A stretch of 64,000 nt of DNA, from positions 15,894,534 through 15,958,533 of the forward strand of contig CM120644.1 of the NCBI GenBank assembly GCA_051362555.1, given 5' to 3'. The stretch comes from Lingula anatina. Lineage: Eukaryota; Animalia; Brachiopoda. Under the pieces are notes generated by a model. That model ran no database searches and had not been told where the DNA came from. It saw nothing but the letters and a program-made list of their open reading frames with translations. Made by a program: the position numbers and the translations under genes. Positions 1 to 13,447 of this stretch are shown one piece after another. Numbering within the stretch: position 1 is the first letter of the stretch; each line of letters starts with the position of its first letter.

Positions 1-625
1 TGGCTTTATCGAAATACAGACTCGCCTCGCAGCAGAAAAAGGCAACGACAGGAGTAAAAATTTAACATTGCAGTGCATGACATAAAGCGTGCAACTTGAC
101 ACTTGTAATCGCTTTCCAGGGTACTAATTTACCATCTTGGGTGACGTCAGGTACGCCCGCAAAACCGACTTTTATAGCGTAATTGTAATGGAGTAATGAG
201 GGGGAGGGAGGACATTATCACAATTGATGTCTGTAAATCTATACTGCACAAGAGATGGTGGTTGAACTGTATCAGTCAGAAATAAGGTTGTCGGCTTCGT
301 CTTATGTCATCAAAGCGGGATCTTACGCGATCAAAATATTGTTCGGTTTGCGTTAAGATTTCTGTTAAGGGTCTTATCGAAATCGAGATGTTTATGAACC
401 CATATTGCACAAGATTGCGCTGATAAATAAGGGTCTTCCAAAGAAAGAGGGAAGATTCCGTTTACTGCGTCTTCAAAGTCATTACGTGTACCTTACGGGG
501 GTTTGAGGCAACTTTATGCGGTTCAGCTTCCGCTCTCGTGTCCTCAATGAGAATGTTTTATTACCTACATGCACTATTCGCCTGATTGAGGTGCGTGTTT
601 CGCGCGTGTTCAGTGCGTGCGCGCG

Positions 626-628
<3 letters not shown>

Positions 629-677
<49 letters not shown>

Positions 678-695
678 AGAGAGAGAGAGAGAGAG
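629..695. repeat. Compound microsatellite (GT)n(GA)n
   Basis: Directly visible. Confidence 0.95.
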
Positions 696-1112
696 AAGGC
701 GGATAAAATAAAAGAAGTAAAACAGAGAAGAATAAGAAAAAGAGAGACTGAGAGAGGGACATTGGTCCAGAGACCCAAAATATCAAATATATGACATTAC
801 GATGTTCTCACACAACTTATTAAAGATTTCCGGTCTTCTCCGTAATAACGTCCTCATCCAACCCTTAATACACCTCATGTAGCATAAAACCCCTCACTCC
901 TTATGATTTACTGGCCCATATCTGCTATTATGACTTTATTGAAGAAGTTATCTTTAGATTTTAGCATTCAGAGGCTTAATGTGAAGGGGCCACTTCAGTA
1001 CTATTACATTGTGTGTCTTTTGAAAAATGATAACGGGGAAAGGTTCACGAGTCGCCCGAGTTTACCTTACGCCATAAAGCATACTGGTTGTAAAGGTTTT
1101 GTGAACTTACCA

Positions 1113-1114
<2 letters not shown>

Positions 1115-1177
<63 letters not shown>
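1115..1177. repeat. Compound microsatellite (GT)n(GA)n
   Basis: Directly visible. Confidence 0.95.
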
Positions 1178-4050
1178 GGGGCAGAAGAAAAAAAGAGGAG
1201 AGAGACTTTCGTATTTCTATTTTCATTATCTCAAGCACAAGAATAGGCCTATAACCCATGTCTTCCTCACATGTAAAAATCCTTAGAACGTTCTCATGTA
1301 TGCATCAGTGCACTCATATACTGTATCTATGCACTTCATATTTCAGGATCATATCAGGAGAAAAATTCTCAGAAGATAAAAAATGACACAACATAAAGTA
1401 ACTCCAAGACCAAGCAGCAGAGTAAGTGATCTTGTACAGTTTGGCAGATTAGGAATAGTTCGATATACTGTATATGTAAGAGTATACACAGCTATAATTG
1501 TGGAAACAGGATCCCATCAATGGAAAGGGTACGGGGGAGAAAACCGTAAGTTTTATTCATTTCACACCTCCCTCTCTTGATTTTATGCGTATTACTTTTT
1601 ACCACATAGACGTATCTAGTGAACCCTAGCGAATTAATTCTTTTACTTTCCGCGTAGACTTCCAGTGCCTGATACGACACAGGCATTGCATGTGTAAACC
1701 CAGAAATGGACTACTTAGTTACATGGGGGCACACAAATAGCTTCAAGAAATTCTTCATTCATCAAACTGAGGGACAACTACTCCCCTCCCCAATTTTAAA
1801 ATCCCAAATCCCAACATACGCGTATATGTTGCTACTTTGTATAAGCAAATCTTTCAAAAATGACAATAAAAACAAATAATAAATAAAATCAATCGTCCAA
1901 TTTGCCAATTTTATCGATTATTATCCCTGATCATCGTCCACAGAAATCACCCTTTCTTCTCGTTGGACTACAGGGTCGCTAAATCGGCCGAGGGTAGTTC
2001 TACAGTAGCCTGCCCGTCCGTCACGACTGCGGCGATAAGGCTGTTTATTATACCGTCCCGTTATCTCGCCACTGGGCGTGAAACTGTACCTATATTTGTC
2101 GTCATCTCCAAGAAGCTTTCCATCCCCGGTGCTTCTTCTTATTATATTACTCCTGTTGTATTTGAACAGGGGCAAAACGGGAGCGGTTCATCACGGCGTT
2201 GCCGAGGGGCTGGGCTCCTTGGGGTGGCTTCCTTAGGAAGAATGTAGTGTTTATCTAGGGTATGGCAGGTCCACGGCACCTTGCCCGGTGCAGGGGAGGG
2301 GGGGGTGAATTACGAAGTTTTAAGGCGTCGCAAAAAGGTGAAGGCAAAGAAATGAAATAATCTCTTTGGTGAAAGTTAGGAAGATGCACTAAAAAGCTTC
2401 ACTGTTTTTTAATTGATTACTTCTATGGAATGTATTTTTGACCTGCAAAATGGCAAAGTTATGGTGAAAAGATCGTCGCAAATTTTAATGCTTGGAGCAG
2501 GCGGTATTATCCATGCATAGTAACAAGGGAAGACTTAAGCAAGGAAGTAAATAAATAAATATATACTACCTTGACCAAAGACAGTCTTTACTTATAAACC
2601 GAGATTTTGGCTATCCTAAATATACAGGTCGGAAAAACTCGCTGTATAATAGTATAGTAATTTCTTATGTAACACATAAACAATTTCTTTCTTTTAATTT
2701 TAAAGACGCAATGTATCATATAACACCCACGGATTGTGAGATGCCACCCAAGTGATCTCGATTGTGTCAAAACCTTTCTCTCCTCGTCTCCATCACTCTT
2801 CATCAGTCTACTGATAAACGTCGCAAATTAAAATCCTAAAATCACGCCTCGTGGTCGCGAGTGTTTGGTTATTAATTGATGATAGAATTCACATTGGAAT
2901 GATAAAGGGACCACGATTGCAGTTTATCTCTTTCGGTTATGTGAGTTCGACCTTATCTTAAGTCGATATTAAAGTCGTGACTGGGGAAACCCACGTCCTC
3001 AACGTGAATACAAATATATACGTAATTTTAAGTCTTTATTTACGTGTATTTCGTTACAATTACACCAGGCGAATCGTGAAAAATTCACTTACCTGAACTC
3101 GTTGTAAAGTAACCTATAAAATTAGATTAAGATATACAAGTAGTTAATTATAAACAAAAATATACTGAAATTATATAAATACCATACCTGGTTTTCGAAT
3201 TCATATCTGGTATTTTATGTCAATTTAATACGTAGATTCATTCCACGTCAAATGTATGGACACAAATACTCGTCAAAATAAAGAAATACTCAACTATATT
3301 CACTAACAAGGCGCAGCATTATCTTCCATACAAATTAAACAACTTTGAATCCGTTCCATTAATCGCCATTATAGACCTATTTACGGCCAATTCCACACGT
3401 AAACCTTTTATATGGTAGATGTGAAATTTGTTGGGGATGGGGGGGGGGGGGGCGAAAACTTGAGGTGTCGATACAAATTATTCTACTCTGATACTGTAAC
3501 GGCTTTAACAGGTATTTGCGAAGCGTGCTCAGATACAAGACCGGCTTAAAACTATTAATCACATCACAAAGCCCGCAATCCAGAAGCACTACTTAAGTGA
3601 TTAAGATATAATTAAGACACTTATGCTTACGGAATACAGTCAATAAAGACCACAGTAATGAACTGGGCTTGTTAATTGACCAAAACAGTTGCAATTAAGA
3701 CGGCGCGTTTTGGTCAGGAAAAAATAACAGCGTTCCATTCTTAGTTAATGTTTGCATGGGCAATATTGTCGCTTAAACCACGTGTTGTTGGTATACAGTA
3801 ATGTATCAAATTTTGAACTTCTACAAAAGAATGTTACAAAGGAAGTCAGTAAGGCGTCCTGCTGTTAGACTCCCTCTTACTAGACAATGTTTTCCATTCA
3901 GCCAATATGCTGCTGGTACAATTCAAGTTCAAAATGCTCGTCAAAAAAATTAATACAAGAAGGACATCGGGTCATCAGTGCCCTTCCCTAATCTAGAAGT
4001 ATTACTGCTTCATCTACTTTTTACCCATGGGTTCCTAAAATAGTATCAGA

Positions 4051-4216
4051 CAGGCCCGTAGCCAGCAATTTCAAAAGGGGGGTTCTTTTCCGAAAAAGTG
4101 AACCTTTTACAATGAAGCCTTCGTGTACCTAGATCAAATTGTGCCCAGAATGGACCATTTTCTGGCAAAAAGGGTAGTTCTTTCGAACCCCCCGAACCCC
4201 CATGGCTACGGGCCTG
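4051..4216. mobile_element. MITE, CAGGCCCGTAGCCA-TIR family (copy 1)
   Basis: Terminal inverted repeats caggcccgtagcca / tggctacgggcctg. The interior matches the copies at 29664 and 30793 in the opposite orientation. Confidence 0.85.
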
Positions 4217-4667
4217 GCAAAATTACAGTGAGATCCATTCAAAATTTCCGTAGGACACCACTAGCGCACCCTGTAGTCAGAGAGTGCACATGCATCCTTC
4301 AGCCACGTTGTCGACGCACGTATGAGCTAAGAAGTTTCAACAAAAACTATTAGAAAGTCATTAAACCTTCTCGCTCATTAGGGCCTTGTCCTCCTCGAAA
4401 ATCACTCGCCAATCTTTAAGTGAAAGAGAACGCTTAGAATTCAAGCCACCAGGGGTGGGCTTCTCATCGGAGGGTCCTACCGACCAGTCAAACAAAACAT
4501 TTTACCTCAAAAACAAAAACAATATTAAGGGGGGGGGAGTTGCGGCTTCGCGTTGCAAGTTTGCTTACACAACAAACAGACCACAGGTAGCGAACCAACG
4601 ACCAGTGCCCTACTCGAGAGTCCATTATTTCCAAGCGGCCCGTGCGCTGTCATCGAGCGCGTTTTGT

Positions 4668-4742
4668 GATTGGTCGGTGACAGCGGCGAGGAGCTGAGGC
4701 GTCGCACGTGCGTGTGTTGACAGGACAACCGGTGGTATATAA
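4668..4742 (+). promoter_or_regulatory. Putative Ptf1a core promoter (inverted CCAAT, E-box, TATA box)
   Basis: ATTGG at 4669-4673, CACGTG at 4705-4710 and TATATAA at 4736-4742, in a locally GC-rich stretch about 100 nt upstream of the ATG at 4839. Confidence 0.6.
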
Positions 4743-4838
4743 GTGACGCGTGGCAGCAGAATCCGCAGAACGTGCCGCACTTGTCTCCCTTTACTCATCA
4801 AACGCTGCCAGCTTTCAGAGAACAAACAGCCAATCAGA

Positions 4839-5379
4839 ATGGACGACATGTGGGACAGTTTCTGTGACAATTTAGACTTGGACGCCGACGTGCTGGCCGA
4901 TTTCGCTCAAACGGCGTGCGCGTCGGTGGAAGGGAGCTTTTATACTTGTAACGCTTCCGACGCTTCGTCTCCAGAGCCTTTCTCTCCACATTCCGTCTTT
5001 GATTCAGATGACGGATCCGAGTCATCGTCTGCCGATTCTACGTCTGCGGGCTCCACGCGCTCCAGAGCTGACAATAACAAAAACATCAGGCGAAAAGAGA
5101 AATGCCCCCTGAAGAAGAAACACCAAAGGCAAGCAGCAAATGTCAGAGAAAGGCGGAGAATGAAGTCCATAAACGAGGCGTTCGATGGCCTAAGACGCTG
5201 CGTCCCAGATGCGGAGAATTGCAAAGAAAAGAAACTTAGCAAAGTGGACACTTTAAAAATGGCAATTCAATACATAAGTGACTTGACGCGGGCTTTGAGA
5301 GAGGTGGAAGCGGAGGAGAGATTACACGGCGGCGATACTACAGAGACACAAAAAGTTATCATACGATATCCGAATGCAG
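4839..5379 (+). CDS. PTF1A: Pancreas transcription factor 1 subunit alpha (Ptf1a/Fer1-type bHLH), coding exon 1
   Basis: Starts MDDMWDSF. Acidic/Ser-rich N-terminus, b[31 protein letters not shown]...[19 protein letters not shown], then QKVII as in vertebrate Ptf1a. Ends at CAG|GTATGT, a phase-1 donor (541 nt). Confidence 0.93.
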
Positions 5380-7984
5380 GTATGTACCTATATATAAATA
5401 GATCATATGCAAATCTATCACAGGTGATAATGAAATCTAGTTTTCAAATAAGTTTACAAGTTTGACGCGGTGCTGCAGTTTCTGTTATAATTGAGTAACT
5501 GTGCAGTGAAATCATGCCTTGTGTTGTGACTCAAGAGCTACGCGGAAGTAAAAGATGCGTGACTTTAAAAAGACAGGGAGCATTTACCATTAGGGGTCGT
5601 ATTTAAATAATAACACACTCAGATGTAAACTAAATTAATAAGAATAGCGCATTTTCAAACTTTGAAATTTCAACCACTCTAATAGAAATACAATGGCGTC
5701 TCAGCTACTTAATTAGCCAACAAATCCTTATTAGTCTCTTCGATCACTGATAATTATTGATTAATTATGAGGTTCTTCGGATGAGGCATAGCGTATATCC
5801 GATATAAGTGGGTTAAACTCGACGAAAAGCAGTACACAAGCAGGACAGCTGCAGCTAGCCGCGGTTTCTGTGTAAATATGCTTTTTACCGAGCGTTGTTT
5901 GCAAAACGTTCGGCGTATTCAAATAACGGGGAGGCGGAGTAGAGTCGTCGTTGAAAGAGTAGAAAAGACAAGTGTACTACACAGCGTCTCCGACTTTAAG
6001 AGCAAATTTGCTCACCACCGACGAGCAGCTAGCTCTAGACCAAGGGTCACGTAAAAGGGTGCCCTCAGACCAAGGTGACTATAGAACTTTCACGAAACAC
6101 GAAACTTGAGTAGTTATCGCAACTGGAGAATATTTCAAAATTCCAATTAAATCAACAAGCATCGCGCTTGGCGATCGATATAGCAAATAGTAGTAGTAAG
6201 CGTAGTATCGCTTTGCTTTGATGACACTGATCTGTCAAAATTGTTTATGGATTTATTGACACGGTATTGGCTTTCTTTTTATTGTGTGCTGGAATTTTCC
6301 GGAGGTTTCTTTTCAAATATTCGACAAAGCCCGCCGTCAATGGACAAAGCGTCTTTCAGAGTATTTTCGCTAATCTCCTCGTATATCGACCCTGGGGTCC
6401 ATTCCACGAAGCCCGGAGTTGTGCTAGAGCTCGATTGCTCATTTATCGGAAGGTCCCGTTCGCAGTTTTATCTAGTAGAATCATTCTATATCGGTGTAAC
6501 TGGCGTGCGCAGAGCTGGTTTATTACCCTCCCCCCCCCCCCCCCCCCCCCCCCCTCTACCAGGACCAAAGATTGATTTTTCACAAGATATTGGCATATAT
6601 GCCTTTGGTTAAATTCACGGTTATTCTCTATACTGCGCCTCCGCGAAAATGCTGTCATAGACTAGTGGAGGCTTCACACACACACACCCCTTTGCCCATA
6701 CCGCATTTGGCGACACTTTATCGTAAGTATTAACCTCAAAGCGACGCAGTGCGAACTAAGAACAAACGCGCTTATTCAGATGCGCCCACATAACATTCAG
6801 ACCGGTTAATATTCGCTTTCTTCCATCTCGAACTTATAAACAGGCTTTCTATCGCGAACACACTACTAAAAAGGTAGCGACAGTCTGACATGGACATTGT
6901 GAATAAATACTTAATACACACTTCATATTGTGCTTCACTGATAGACTATCTCTAAGGGCTGCCTCTTCAAGTGCGCTGATAAAGAGGAAAAGTGTATACG
7001 GTGTCTTTTCATCGCATTAAATGAAGTTGCCATTAGCTCACTTAGATACAAAAGTATTAAGTATTGTTCTAATTAATTATTTGTTGTCTATTAAGAAGAT
7101 TTATATGTTGAAATATTTAATTAATTACGGTTGGATTGTGCTATTACTAGTGTTATTGCTCTAGCGGTTCTCACGGCAATGCAACTTCAATTTGCAATTT
7201 CAGGGCAGATTTAAGATGCACTTTTCAATATTTTTGTTTTACTTAAAAGAGGTCGATATTTCAGAACGAAAAGCAACCGTTACTGAAAAGCATGCGTAAC
7301 GTTGCCCCATCATTTTAAGATGTTTTGGGTAAAAACAAATCTTATAAAACTACATAAACAAAAGTCTGCTTTCAAAAATACAGCATGTATGTGAAAGATC
7401 AATTACGTTAACGTTGATATGAATTTTTCTGGCAATGAGTGTGCAGCGTTTTAATGATATTTAAATAAAACGTATTGAATTACTTAACTGCCAAAGCCAC
7501 TTCATAGGCGAGACTGATCGATCGCACCCTATGAGTTATAATTGGTGAGAGTATTTGATCTATCGATCAATCGATCAAAGATCGACCATTTTGGTCTACC
7601 TGGTGTGGCGGGTCAATCATTTACTCTAAAGGTGTATTTGACCTATTGATCAAATGATCCAATGATTGATTAATAAAACAAATAAATAAGCTATTAAGTC
7701 GTATCTAGATGTTTTGTTTGCGCGATTACCGAAAAGTCACAATTTTAATGGCGAACGTTAAATATATATTTTTCAATGAGTGTGTAAAATTAAACAGAGA
7801 AAAAATAGCTGGTCTGCTGGCTCGAGTACTTGCTCATATACCGTTTCCTTTAGCCTCTTGTTTATTAAAATATATTTATTTTCATTGATATTTTTCATAC
7901 TTTTACATACACATATTTTGATTTACTTGATCACATTTCTTTATTCACATTTAATAACATTTCACTGTGTTTTTCTTGTCACAG

Positions 7985-8241
7985 GCGGATACGACCAAGA
8001 GAACAGCTGCAAATACCCAACATCAGCCTACAGCTACGCATCCGACCACACACAAGGCGGGCACCACACCTACAACCCCCACAACCCCCACCCCCAACAG
8101 CTTCCAGAACCACTCGTGGGTCACTCGCTCTCGTGGACGGACGAAAAATCCTTGAAAATGGGTCCCGATAACAAACTTTGCGCCAAAATCTGGGTTCCTG
8201 AAATGACGGCGGAGGAGCAATTGATGTGTTCGTATTGGTAA
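7985..8241 (+). CDS. PTF1A: Ptf1a coding exon 2 (C1 and C2 RBPJ-interaction motifs, stop)
   Basis: Acceptor ttttcttgtcacag is phase-compatible with exon 1. Encodes GHSLSWTDEKSLK and AKIWVPE, matching the Ptf1a Trp motifs (vertebrate HSLSW and AKVWTPE). Stop TAA at 8239-8241. Joined CDS is 798 nt, 265 aa. Confidence 0.92.
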
Positions 8242-9630
8242 AGGTGAAGGTCGGGGTGAAGGTCGTACGCAGCTTTATCCACGCAATGCAATTCACGGTG
8301 GCCTGTTCGATAAACTGAGTTACCGTTTGACGTTTCTTCTCGTGGAAAAACGTTCACGGCAAGCACTGAGTCAAAAACCTTACGGACGTCTCATTGTTAG
8401 ACATTATAGAAAGGCTGACTAAAATCCTCAGTGGCTCCCTCTTTTTGTCGCTACCAAGTGCAACCGCCCTAGTTGTTATACCGTTGCTACGTCACTGTAT
8501 TGAGGTCCAAAGTTTCTGTTCTTCCCGAGAAAAAGACATGCGGATGATTGTCGCGTTCAGAGATTTTGGCACTAATTAAGGCATTTTGAAATACGGAGGA
8601 CAGGTGCTTCCTAAAATGTTTGACCGCTAATGAACGGGTGGGTGCATCTTTCTGTTAAAGCTATCACTACTGTTTGTTTGTTATCAGTGATGTAAGACAA
8701 AAAACTATGCAATCGTAGATTATTAATCTGGGACTTATCTGTCTACGCCATTTGTATTTCTTCCAGTGAGATCTTCCAATATTTTTCAAGTTTTCATATC
8801 AAAAATGTAGTTTATAAACAATTTTGTAAGCAAGAAATAAGTGGCACCAAGTGCTTTCAGCTCTTGATCTTCCTTGAATGTTTGTACGCAATTTTACCCC
8901 AGATACTCCGAAGTCGACCCCTGTAAATTGTATATTTTGTACCTAAAGTGACTTCCATTTTAAGATAATTTTAGTATTTTGCAGCAATTGTACAGTAGAT
9001 GATTGGTCTACACATGTAAGTGCATTAGTCAGTAAGAGATACTGATGACGCGCGCTAGCTAAAATGATGGTTGAACAATACAACGATTGTAAAGATCAAG
9101 AATAACAAAAACCGCTTTTTACAGCCATCCAGAAGAAAATATTTGCCAAAGACAATGACAAAACAGTTAGATCAAAATGCTTGATGTAATCAATTTCTGA
9201 TCAACTTGTCATGATCAAAATTAATTTATGTAATATACTAATGTAATTTAGTAATATTTAGGCTAGTTTTCCTATAGCACGAGAATGAGCAATACGCAAA
9301 TGATGCGCAAGCCTTTATCTGTTACAAACTGCATTTTTTTTTTCGATTTTATTTTTCAAAATAATTTTCCCAAATAATTCAGTATTATTGTTTATTTTCT
9401 TATTCCATATGATAGTTTTCTTTATCTTCATAAAGTAAAGCAATTAAGATTTTAAACTTAAGAATATTTCTTTATCTGATTTCTTTTTTATCTCGATTAA
9501 ACTAGTGAGCTGAATTTTTCTGTTAATCTTTATCAAAAATAGTACAGGTTATACACATGTCTATGTCTGTGTTTACGTTCTTTGTGATTTAATGCCTATT
9601 TGGAAAAGACTGCCTAGACAATCATGTTTT

Positions 9631-9662
<32 letters not shown>

Positions 9663-9778
9663 AGTACAGTATTGATGACAGTACTATAATCTACATATTC
9701 GACAGCTGAAGCACATGTTAAATATATTTCATCTTTTATTTTTGTTAATATTTCATATTCTTCCATTGCACATATATA

Positions 9779-9817
9779 AATAAATATCTTGATTAAAAAA
9801 ACGTTTTGTTTGTTTTG
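9779..9817 (+). terminator. Candidate Ptf1a polyadenylation signal with GU-rich downstream element
   Basis: AATAAA at 9779-9784 followed about 20 nt later by gttttgtttgttttgg, at the end of an AU-rich UTR-like region. Confidence 0.45.
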
Positions 9818-10995
9818 GCGGTGGAGTTTTAGAAAATATTATTTTTTGTAATTGCTAAAACAAATGAATTTTATTAGTGTGAATTTTATGTCCCATTCGG
9901 CGGAGCGAATGTATCTTATAATCCTTCCCGGTAGATCTTCATTAAAGATGAGAATTCCCAAAAGATGGCTACGTGTAAATTTTGTTTTAAAAATTTAAGA
10001 TGCATTAAGATATTCAGATATTGCAGATTCCTCCCAGCAATCAGATGGGACGTATACGGGTTATTTTATTTCATATTACCAATTAATTTTTGCCTTTTTT
10101 AAATTTTGTTCTTTTTTTCTTCTTTCTATGCTTCGTGTGAAATAATCTGGAAGTCAATAAATATCAAGAATGTCAATTACGTCCTTGGAAAAAACTAAGT
10201 CTGACAATTCCAAATAAACCAAATTTTATTAATGCTTGGCATTCTAATGTGATAAATACCAAAAAATAAATAATAATAAAATAAAGTGAAAAAATATGAG
10301 CATGAAAGACCGCATAGCAAGCGTATTTCTGATACCCAAGGTATAGCGGCGTTATCTAGCGTTTAACTGTAAGGGTCCTCTTGATATGAGGTGATCTTAA
10401 ACGACTTGTGGTGTCGTGTTAATCGTAGTCGGAGTACAGGTGCACAGTTTCTCAGACCAAGGACTTGGCTGAAGTTGGAAGTCGTGACAGGTCTGTTGTG
10501 AGCAAATTTAAACTGGGGGTCTTTTTTAAGTGGACATTTTACCCTCTTGTTTGCTTCGCCTTGAAAATTGGCGCAGAATTAATAGAATAGCTAGAATTTT
10601 GGTAATCGATGACTTACGCCAGGTGAAAACAGATAACTGATGTCTGGCAATTTGTCATAAAACATCTGAATAGCTAAAACAAATAAGTAGAATTCAAATC
10701 CGTACAAAGAGTCACGCAGAGCTGCAAAATGACTTATCAATTTTCCTCTTCTTTCAATTAATTTTTTTTGAAAATGCTGAAGGTGAGATTGGAATGATGT
10801 AAAACTTTAAATCGATATTTCCGTGAAATTGTATACAGAATACAACCGCTATTCCTCCTGTGATATTCCTACTTCAGTGGTTTACTGTAGAGTGGATGTG
10901 TGAAGGGGATAGATCGGATATGACACGCCAAATGCAACATGTAAGTTTTAATAAAACAATGTCCTTAAACGCTTCTCTCTCAACTACTCACTGAG

Positions 10996-11180
10996 GCACA
11001 GGGTACTCTCTGAACCACAGGGTACTCAGACTTACAGGGTGCTTTCTGAAGCAAGTGGTACTCTCTTTACCACAGGGTGCTCTCTGAACCACAGGGTATT
11101 CTATGAACCACAGGGTAGTGATATTCTCTCAACCACAGGGTACTCTATGAACCACAAGGTCCTCTCTGAACCACAGGGTA
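10996..11180. repeat. Minisatellite, ~19-nt unit CCACAGGGTACTCTCTGAA, about 10 degenerate copies
   Basis: Directly visible head-to-tail units with no unique spacers. Confidence 0.9.
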
Positions 11181-13203
11181 AACGGAAGTGAAATCATGGA
11201 TCCGCAAATGTGTGAGTCCATTTTATTACGGCAATAGTTACTACACACCGTTTCAAAGGGGCTAAACGAGTGATGTAATGACTGATCAAGCAACAAAAAC
11301 AACCACCCATAACGAAAATAATCAACCCAGTATATATACACACACAAGGTAACTGAGCTTTTAACCCGGGGTAAGAAAGTTATTGTTATCTTGACTGAAA
11401 ACAGAAAAACAACACTCGGCAATACAGCACTTAAATTATGTTAAAATTAATAGACGCGCAATGATATTCCGATTAACAATCGCATCTGAGAAGACTGGAT
11501 AAACATTTGGTAATGCGAAGATTTCTGTTCTCTTTAATAGGGGCAAAATGTGCGTTAATCTCGCTTTATCTCGCCACGTCTTTTCTCTCCAGCGCTGTGT
11601 ACTTGAATGGGAAATAGTTTATACTTAGTTTAGCCCTAGATTAAATATTTCGTTGAATAATAATAACAATATCATTATAATTATATTAAGATAACTGCAC
11701 ATCGTTTGATATGCTATTTTCTATGTCGGTGCACGGTTCACAAACATAGTGCTTGTATTTGCGTTATATTAATATGATTACTTTCGTTCCAAATTAGAAA
11801 AATATTAAGGACAAATGCCTCATAAGCTGGTAAAGAAATTGAACTGCATTCGTGCCTCGCCTTTCAACAATTTTTAAAACCTTGAATTCCCGATTTCTCT
11901 CCACCCTGGCGTTTTGGAGAAGACTAATAAAATATATTGAAAGATACGTCGTCTTGATAGTTATTTTATTTTTGAGATATTTTGGAAGTATCATATGACT
12001 ACTTATTTTGGGGGATAGACTGTTTTGTTTTATGCAGCATTATCTATGTACTTCCTTCATATTCTTTTCAAATCAGTTCAAAATTTCTAGGGAGTTGCTT
12101 TATATATTTTAGGTGCGTCTTCATCCCTATTTATCATCAGCATCAAGTAATTTTACTCAAAATGCAACAGATTGTTCCTTATGATCTCATCTGATTTGAA
12201 TCAAATAACTACTTTTATGACTAGGATATATCTTTTAAAAATCCATTCCGCTATTTTTTAAATCAAGATAAATGTGTACACACGGACGCACGCACGCACG
12301 CACGCACAAAAAGAATCAGCATGAAGAAAAATTAGACCTAAATTTACCATTTAGCAGTCAGGCGAAAAGTGTTCAAGGGCAGATTAAGCAACTTGAATAT
12401 CTACTGAAGATCCCACATATTCACGACAGGACAAAGAAACGCACTCCCGAGCTATGCTTTAAACGGTTTTAACATTTTAATCGTTTTCATTGAAACAACG
12501 CACCTCAATCCTTTCCAGGTCACTTGTTTCTTTCTGTCAAATCCCAGCGCCCGTACGCGGCTTGTGTTCCATTTCAAACAAATGCTGGTCCCAGTTTTAG
12601 CTTTGAAATTTTGCTGTAATTAGACCCAGGTTTAAATCATTTTAAGCCACTGAAATTTTAATGAAGCAACTGGTCCTGTGTGTAGAAAATTGCGAAAGGG
12701 TTAATATGATATATCTTAGAAAAATAGATGTATTCAGCGTTCTATTAATGAACTATACTAATGCAAAAGAGACTGACATTTTGGGTCTTAGGTTGTATTT
12801 TTCGAATGAAATTATTTAATAATTAAAAGCAACTAACATCTCAAAGTAATCGGTGCCAATTTTATTTGATTCTTGGAAAAAGATGTCATAGTATTCGTAT
12901 ACATTTCCTAATCTACAATTTTTTATCTTTATTTTCACAATCAGCTCGCTCTTGGACGCAGTGTGGAATTCGCACCTGATGCGCGAACGTTTAAGCCCTT
13001 TGTTCCGTTTCAATAGGAACGCGCTTGTCGTGTAATTAGAGACAAACTGTTAATGAGAAGGGCGCGTGGTGCGATTAAGTTAAAGGACTTAAGCACTTCA
13101 GTTTGGGTCTAGTCACGGCGGAAGGATAAATGACGCTACCTGACGTAACGCCTTGGCGAAATGGCGTAATATCGTTCGCCAGTATGTTTGTATATACTTC
13201 GAC

Positions 13204-13238
<35 letters not shown>

Positions 13239-13397
13239 CTCAGAAGTTTGAGACTCATTTTTATATTATATTAAATAAAATCAAGTACATTCTTGATAAA
13301 AAGCTATCTCTTAATTTGAAATGGAACACATTGATTACAAAATTAAAAGAAAGCACATGTCAGAATAATTTTGATATCAAAACGTGTCGTGGGCTCC

Positions 13398-13399
<2 letters not shown>

Positions 13400-13442
<43 letters not shown>
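13400..13442. repeat. (CT)n microsatellite
   Basis: Directly visible. Confidence 0.95.

Positions 13443-13447
<5 letters not shown>

Noticed and set aside
482-1148. Low-complexity ORFs (HTHT, CVCV, ERER, SLSL, IIII, FIYL) here and across the window
   Set aside because: They are translations of microsatellites.
4743-4838. N-terminal extension of the Ptf1a ORF in the ORF track
   Set aside because: It starts at a GTG adjacent to the TATA box and so upstream of the likely TSS. The first ATG is at 4839.
4834-5251. Antisense ORFs over Ptf1a exon 1 (and 7979-8366 over exon 2)
   Set aside because: These are shadows of a GC-richer coding strand with no recognisable domain.
5380-5465. Read-through tail of ORF 4743-5465
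   Set aside because: It lies after a good splice donor; the conserved Ptf1a C-terminus is in exon 2.
7515-7675. GATC-rich patch in the Ptf1a intron
   Set aside because: Looks like a decayed simple or TE-derived repeat; I could not define a unit, termini or function.
10996-11180. CRISPR-like appearance of the repeated CCACAGGGT motif
   Set aside because: Units are about 19 nt and contiguous, the intervening bases are homologous rather than unique spacers, there are no cas genes, and the DNA is eukaryotic.
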